Part shown: one piece after another, positions 58,811 to 64,000 of the stretch | Layout: the number at the start of each line of letters is the position of its first letter | Position numbering within the stretch: position 1 is the stretch's first letter | From: Candidatus Versatilivorator sp. | GTDB lineage: Bacteria > Acidobacteriota > Terriglobia > Versatilivoradales > Versatilivoraceae | Assembly (NCBI GenBank): GCA_965207735.1 | Contig: OZ242296.1 | Location: 704,001 to 768,000 of the forward strand | Length of the DNA stretch: 64,000 bases | Direction of reading: 5' to 3' | Notes under the pieces: model-generated | Seen by the model: the letters and a program-made list of their open reading frames with translations, nothing else | Database searches by the model: none | Told to the model about the DNA's origin: nothing | Program-made: the position numbers and the translations under genes

Positions 58811-58985
58811 GGAAAGAAACGCGAACCGTCTTCAGAAAGAAAAGCGTCCGGAGTGTTGATGCTATTCAAGTTACCAGGGCGCGCCCAGGATCGTGTGTAA
58901 CCGCAAGGCATCCCAATGGGACCAAAGTCGCTGCAACGAACTGGCCTGTCATTGATGAATCCAGCGGCCTGGCGAGAAATGCGGG

Positions 58986-59654
58986 CTAGCGTCTCAGAAT
59001 GGTATCGTAGCCGTCCCGGGCCAACCGGGCTTTCACTCGAGATGTCTCCCGGGTACTGCGATAGGGCCCGACCTTCACCCGGATCCACTGCGGGTTTTCC
59101 GACTTCGAGGGAGCCACCACCACCACAGGATATCCCTTGCCCCGCAGCTCGTCGGCCAGGAGGTTGGCATCGGAACGGCTCCGGAGGGCCGCCACTTGCA
59201 AATGAAGCAGCCCGCCGGAGTTGGACGGGGAGCCGGAAGACGCTTTTCGAGGCCTGGCTGGCTGCCGGGCTCCTTTCCGGTTCTCTTTCCCGGTGGCGCG
59301 GGGACTGAAATTCTCATCGAGGCTCTGATCCTTGACGGCGCTGTAGAAGTCCAGTTCCTTTCGCAAGTCCGGTGGGCTTGCCGGGTCCTGCGCACCGGAT
59401 GTTGATCCGTCCGCCCGGTCAGGAGATGAGGCCTGACTTGTCTCCGCGCCCGCGGGTGGACTTGCCACTTCCGAAGACGCCAGGTTGGACTGCGCCCCCT
59501 CTCCGACTGCCAGCGTTGCCTCGCGAGCTTGACCACGCCCCATCCAGAAACCCAAAGCGAAAAAACTGGCGCAGATCAGTACGGCACCCAGGAAAAAGAG
59601 AAGCAAGTGCCGGTTATCGAGTCGCACCTCCTTGTTCTCGGGACCAGTCTCCAT
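58986..59654 (-). CDS. SPOR domain cell-division/peptidoglycan-binding protein
   Basis: Single TM, disordered linker with LDFY, C-terminal LQVAAL...WIRVKVGPY; GGAGG RBS. Confidence 0.88.
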   Translation of the reverse strand: METGPENKEVRLDNRHLLLFFLGAVLICASFFALGFWMGRGQAREATLAVGEGAQSNLASSEVASPPAGAETSQASSPDRADGSTSGAQDPASPPDLRKELDFYSAVKDQSLDENFSPRATGKENRKGARQPARPRKASSGSPSNSGGLLHLQVAALRSRSDANLLADELRGKGYPVVVVAPSKSENPQWIRVKVGPYRSTRETSRVKARLARDGYDTILRR

Positions 59655-59736
59655 GAAATTGCCTCCTAACAAGGGGTACCTGAATCCACCCGGGCAATGG
59701 GACCCATAGCCATTCGATCCTCGCGCGCGCCGCTCG

Positions 59737-60498
59737 CTATTTTTTTAGAAAGGGCTCGAGAATATCGATTGCCAGAGGAAAAACCAGGGTGGTATTTCTC
59801 TCGACTCCAATCTCGTTCAGTGTTTGCAAATACCTCAACTGCAGGGCCACCGGCTCTTTGGCCACCACCTCGGCGGCTTGAGCCAGCCTTTCCGACGCCT
59901 GGAATTCTCCGTCGGCGTGAATGACCTTGGCTCGCCGTTCTCGTTCCGCTTCGGCCTGTTTGGCCATGGCTCGCTGCATTTCATGGGGAAGGTCCACTTG
60001 CTTGACCTCGACCGTTCCAACCTTGATGCCCCAGGGATCGGTGTGCTGGTCGAGGATACTCTGCAAGCGGACGTTCAGGGTCTCGCGCCGGCTGAGCAAA
60101 TCGTCCAAGGGCACTTCACCGAGTACCGAGCGAAGAGTGGTCTGGGCAAGCTGAGAGGTGGCATAGAGGTAATTCTCAACCTCGACCACTGCCTTGACCG
60201 GGTCCATGACGCGAAAATAGACGACGGCATTGACCTGGACCGTAACGTTGTCGCTGGTGATGATGTCCTGTGGCGGCACATCCAAAGTCACAACTCGCAG
60301 TTCCAGCTTGACGATTCTGTCAATGGGCCACCACACGATAATGAGGCCGGGGCCCTTGGGTTGCGGCAACAGCCGTCCCAGGCGAAAGATGACGCCTCGC
60401 TCATATTCCCGCAGCACTTGAAGGGAGTTGAAGAGGACTACCACCACCAGCAACAGTCCAAAGAGACCCGGGACTGAAATGAAATCGATTTCGAACAT
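59737..60498 (-). CDS. slipin / stomatin-like SPFH protein
   Basis: [52 protein letters not shown]. Confidence 0.96.
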   Translation of the reverse strand: MFEIDFISVPGLFGLLLVVVVLFNSLQVLREYERGVIFRLGRLLPQPKGPGLIIVWWPIDRIVKLELRVVTLDVPPQDIITSDNVTVQVNAVVYFRVMDPVKAVVEVENYLYATSQLAQTTLRSVLGEVPLDDLLSRRETLNVRLQSILDQHTDPWGIKVGTVEVKQVDLPHEMQRAMAKQAEAERERRAKVIHADGEFQASERLAQAAEVVAKEPVALQLRYLQTLNEIGVERNTTLVFPLAIDILEPFLKK

Positions 60499-60511
60499 GA
60501 GTCCCTCCTAG

Positions 60512-61813
60512 TTAGCTTGAGGCTGTCCCGGGGCCGTTTACCCGAGTCACCTGGATGTTGAGTCCCTCGACTGATACCACTCGGACCCGGTTGCCGGATT
60601 CGATTGGCTGAGGACTGCTTGCCTGCCAGATCTCACCGTGGACCTGCACTTTTCCCTGGGACTGGATGTCGGTCAAGGCTGTTCCGATCTCTCCGACCAT
60701 GCCCTCGTTGCCGGTCACCGACTTGTTGCGGTGTGCCAGAATGACCAAGCGCATGAGAAAGATGATGATAGCGGCAAAGGGGAGAGTGATTCCCACGGCC
60801 GTGATCAGCTTCACACGCAACTCGGGGAGCGGTGAGTCGATGAGAATTAGGGAGCCCAGCACCATGACGGCGATTCCGAGAGAAGCCAGCAGTCCGTAAC
60901 TGGTCACTTTTACCTCCAGAGCAAAAAGGACGATTGCCGCCAGGATCAGCACCACTCCCAGGAGGTTGATGGGCAGGATATTGAATGCCACCAGAGCCAG
61001 GAAGACACAGACACCCCCGGCCACACCGGGAAAGATCAGACCCGGATTGCTGAACTCGATGTAGAGTCCCAACAGGCCAATCAGTCCCAGAATCAGTGCA
61101 ATGTTGGGGTTTAACACCTTTGAGAGAACCTTTTGGCGAGCCGTCATCTCAATTGCCTTCAGAGACTCGTTTTTCAGTTGCAGGACCAGCGTTTCCCCGT
61201 CGAAGCGCTGGATTTCCCTGCCGTCGAACTTGGTGAGGATTTCGTTCAGGTCCTGGGCGATGCCGTCGATGAGATTGCCCGCCCGCGCCTCTTCTTCGGT
61301 GAAAGACAGGCTCTCCAATACCCCTTTTTCCGCCAATTCGACGTTGCGGCCGCGTTGAGCCACGAAACTGCGGATGTAGGCCGCGGCATCGTTTTCCACT
61401 TTTTGCTGCATCACCTCGTCCAACTTCCCTCCGCCCAGGGGTACCGGATGTGCGGCTCCGGTGTTGGTGCCGGGGGCCATGACGGCCAGGTCTCCGGACA
61501 AGAGGATGAAGAATCCCGCGGACGCGGCTCTGGCGCCGCTTGGACCGACGAAAACGAGCACCGGAGTTTTCGACCGCAATATTTGCTCGATGATTTCCCG
61601 CATGGAGGTGTCGAAGCCCCCCGGCGTATTCATCTGGATGATCACGGCAGTGGCGCGTTCCTCTTCCGCCTGCTCCAAGGCACGGGTGATGTACTCCGCA
61701 ATCACAGGATGAATGACGTCGTCGACCTCAATCGTGAACACGACCGCTTCGGCCGAAGGAACGGCGGCTGCCAGAATGACCAGCAGCGCCACCCCAAATC
61801 TCCGTCTGGTCAT
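60512..61813 (-). CDS. nfeD: NfeD family membrane-bound serine protease
   Basis: NTPGG, ARAASAG, MAPGTNTGAAHPV, TM region, C-terminal OB fold GKVQVHGEIW. Confidence 0.93.
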   Translation of the reverse strand: MTRRRFGVALLVILAAAVPSAEAVVFTIEVDDVIHPVIAEYITRALEQAEEERATAVIIQMNTPGGFDTSMREIIEQILRSKTPVLVFVGPSGARAASAGFFILLSGDLAVMAPGTNTGAAHPVPLGGGKLDEVMQQKVENDAAAYIRSFVAQRGRNVELAEKGVLESLSFTEEEARAGNLIDGIAQDLNEILTKFDGREIQRFDGETLVLQLKNESLKAIEMTARQKVLSKVLNPNIALILGLIGLLGLYIEFSNPGLIFPGVAGGVCVFLALVAFNILPINLLGVVLILAAIVLFALEVKVTSYGLLASLGIAVMVLGSLILIDSPLPELRVKLITAVGITLPFAAIIIFLMRLVILAHRNKSVTGNEGMVGEIGTALTDIQSQGKVQVHGEIWQASSPQPIESGNRVRVVSVEGLNIQVTRVNGPGTASS

Positions 61814-61955
61814 GGAAATCTCCGAAAACGAAACCCCGGATTTGCCCGGAATTCCGGCGACTCTCCTGACTGAATTACCCCGTTGCCTGTGAATTATAAC
61901 AGAGTTACGAACCGGTAACCGGCCCATCTGGAACGGCAGCCGGTCCAGGCATTGC

Positions 61956-62449
61956 CTTGCCTGAAACAAACGACAAGAGACAAAAGAAAAAGAGTGATCC
62001 ACGAAGGGCCACGAAGGACGACGAAGGGACACCAAGGCGCTGGAGAAGGCCCAAGAGGGATGGGGCGAAGGTCGGCAAGAGGGTCAACGAAGGACACAAG
62101 GGACAAAGAGGATTTGTCCGCGAAGAAGCAACAAGGACCGCGGCGGAGCCAGTGGGGGGCTTCCGACCCCATCGTGATTTAAGGAGATCATTAACATCGA
62201 TGCACAGGATTCACAGGATTCTTCAGGAAACGGCTGGCTTCTACTGCCGGGAATCCGCAAATCCGCACCGGATCATCGCCCGAGTTGGCTTCTGGTGCAG
62301 GAAGCTCTCGTCCTGTCAATCCTGTGCATCCATGTTCAACTTATAGTCCTTCTCGATTGATCTTCCCCGTGGCGGGCCTTGGCTGTGCCCAACGCCCCGA
62401 TTCCCAGTCAGCGTCCCGTGCAGCGGCCTCTGGTCCTATTTGTCCTGTC
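61956..62449. repeat. uninterrupted inverted copy of the ~500-bp composite repeat that hosts the intron
   Basis: Reverse complement of 25208-25656 plus 27652-27714; includes nonamer-IR relic 62193-62336. Confidence 0.88.
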
Positions 62450-62547
62450 CCTGATGCCGTGACACCTACATGTATCCGGCGACTTGGGGAGCGATGCAGG
62501 TTAAAATCGACAGGATGTTCTCCTGGCAGGGATCAAGGGTTCTCAAA

Positions 62548-64000
62548 ATGACTCCAAGGGCATCCATCAAACCGGCAGTGGCTGGGTTGCTTGCCTGTGC
62601 CCTGCTGTTCGGAAACAGGGCCGTCCATCCTTCCAGCGCCACTTCTCCCGCCGACCCGGAGAAAAAGGAACTTGTATTTCCGAAATCGTTCAATCGCCAC
62701 CTGCAAGCCTACGCGGCCGTGTTGAGCCTTGTGGAATCCGGGTATGCGGATCCAGCAGACCTCAATCGAGCCATTGCCCGGTCGATTCAGCGCATGCTGA
62801 GTCGTTTGGATCCGCACTCGAGCTTTTTCGACCCCAAGACCTTTGGCGAGTTACGAGCCTACCAGGGTGGCAACTATTCCGGAATCGGCACACGAGTGGC
62901 GCCGGTGGACGGAAAAATGATGGTGCTCTCGACGACGGCAGGGTCACCAGCCGAGGAATCGGGAATTCGCCCTGGGGATATCATCCTTTCGGTTGACGGG
63001 ATCTCCACCAGAGATCGTCCCGGAGCCGAGGTGGTGAGGTTGCTGCGAGGCCCCCGGGACACTCGGGTGGAGGTCTTGATCGAGAGGAGTGGTGTCGACC
63101 GTCCGTTGGGGCTCCAGGTCAGGCGAGAGGAAATACCCGAACCCAGTTTGCCTCTCGGCTATGCCATCCTGCCAGGAGTGGTTTACCTGCAAATGGTGGG
63201 CTTTACGGCCACCACCGAGGACGAAGTGGACCGCGCGCTGAAGCCGTTCCAACCTGATCTGCAGGGTCTTGTGCTGGACCTGCGGGACAACATGGGAGGG
63301 AATCTGCAAAGCGCCATCGGCGTTGCCGATCGCTTTCTGGATTTGAACCAGGTCATACTGGTCACCAAAGGGAGGCTTCCCGACTCCAATGCCAGGTATG
63401 TGGCCACTCGTGGGCATGACCGCGAGCCTGTTCCGCTGGTGGTGTTGATCAATAGGCGAACAGCCAGCGCCGCTGAAATCCTGGCGGGAGCCATCCAGGA
63501 TGCCGGGCGGGGAGTGGTGGTCGGTGAAAACAGTTTCGGGAAGGGACTGGTCCAAACGATTTTTTCTCTGAGCGGCGGGAACGGACTCTCCCTGACCACG
63601 GCCAAGTGGTTCACGCCCAACGGAAGGACGATACAGCGGAACTACAAGAATCGCTCTTTGTTGGAGTATTTGAAATTAATGGAACGGTTGGAGAGCGGCC
63701 GCTCCCCTGCAACCCCTCCTATGGACAGTTCCTCTGAGGAGGCTGGCGAGGGTGGCATCTTCCCGGACGTGTGGGCTGGGTCGGTCGCGATGACCTCCTT
63801 TCAGAAACGCCTGTTGTCGCGGCATCTCCTTTTTGCCTTCGCCCGGGAATTCAAAGCCAGGTATCCGGTGCTTGCCAGTACGGCAATTGTGAGTCCCCTG
63901 GTGCTGGAGGAATTTCACGATTTTCTCGCGGCACGAGAACTGATTCGCTCCGACTCGGAGTTCCAGGACCACCTGCCGTTCATTCAACGCAGTCTTCGCA
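62548..64000 (+). CDS. S41 family carboxyl-terminal protease (CtpA-like), 3'-truncated by the window
   Basis: My translation (absent from the ORF track because there is no stop): signal peptide, LDPHS, YSGIG/PDZ, LDLRDNMGG, TASAAEILAGAIQD, SFGKGLVQ. Confidence 0.92.
   Translation, partial: MTPRASIKPAVAGLLACALLFGNRAVHPSSATSPADPEKKELVFPKSFNRHLQAYAAVLSLVESGYADPADLNRAIARSIQRMLSRLDPHSSFFDPKTFGELRAYQGGNYSGIGTRVAPVDGKMMVLSTTAGSPAEESGIRPGDIILSVDGISTRDRPGAEVVRLLRGPRDTRVEVLIERSGVDRPLGLQVRREEIPEPSLPLGYAILPGVVYLQMVGFTATTEDEVDRALKPFQPDLQGLVLDLRDNMGGNLQSAIGVADRFLDLNQVILVTKGRLPDSNARYVATRGHDREPVPLVVLINRRTASAAEILAGAIQDAGRGVVVGENSFGKGLVQTIFSLSGGNGLSLTTAKWFTPNGRTIQRNYKNRSLLEYLKLMERLESGRSPATPPMDSSSEEAGEGGIFPDVWAGSVAMTSFQKRLLSRHLLFAFAREFKARYPVLASTAIVSPLVLEEFHDFLAARELIRSDSEFQDHLPFIQRSLR

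Overview
64-kb, GC-rich bacterial chromosomal segment. Gene content and repeat style suggest Acidobacteriota, possibly host-associated (inference only). The backbone is housekeeping: ahcY, a beta-oxidation operon, gcvT-H-PA-PB, CIRCE-groES-groEL, kbl-like and class V aminotransferases, pheA, nadA, archease, Tex, AlaX, thrC-like, sulfite/nitrite reductase, a yagF/eda/kdgK-like cluster, lnt, SPFH/NfeD and a partial S41 protease. The intergenic DNA is packed with nested non-autonomous repeats, and several are recognisably internally deleted relics of GxxExxY (PD-(D/E)xK) genes still bounded by nonamer-based inverted repeats. Two mobile elements have inserted into these repeats. One is a complete group II intron (25657-27651, minus strand) whose EBS1 can pair with the repeat and whose empty target sites are visible elsewhere in the window. 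The other is a ~5.8-kb P4-type tyrosine-integrase element (30094-35881) that splits a REP-like repeat at a 9-bp core. That element carries a secreted duplicated-domain/clan-CD-peptidase cargo gene bracketed by ~185-bp direct repeats, two covarying copies of a structured motif, and an oriT-like palindrome with no relaxase; it is the best candidate for an undescribed system. Other oddities: a 47-bp intragenic inverted duplication in the thiolase, a homopolymer frameshift in an M28 peptidase, and a large repeat insertion in a divergent Tex. All coordinates and alignments were done by eye; no database searches were run.
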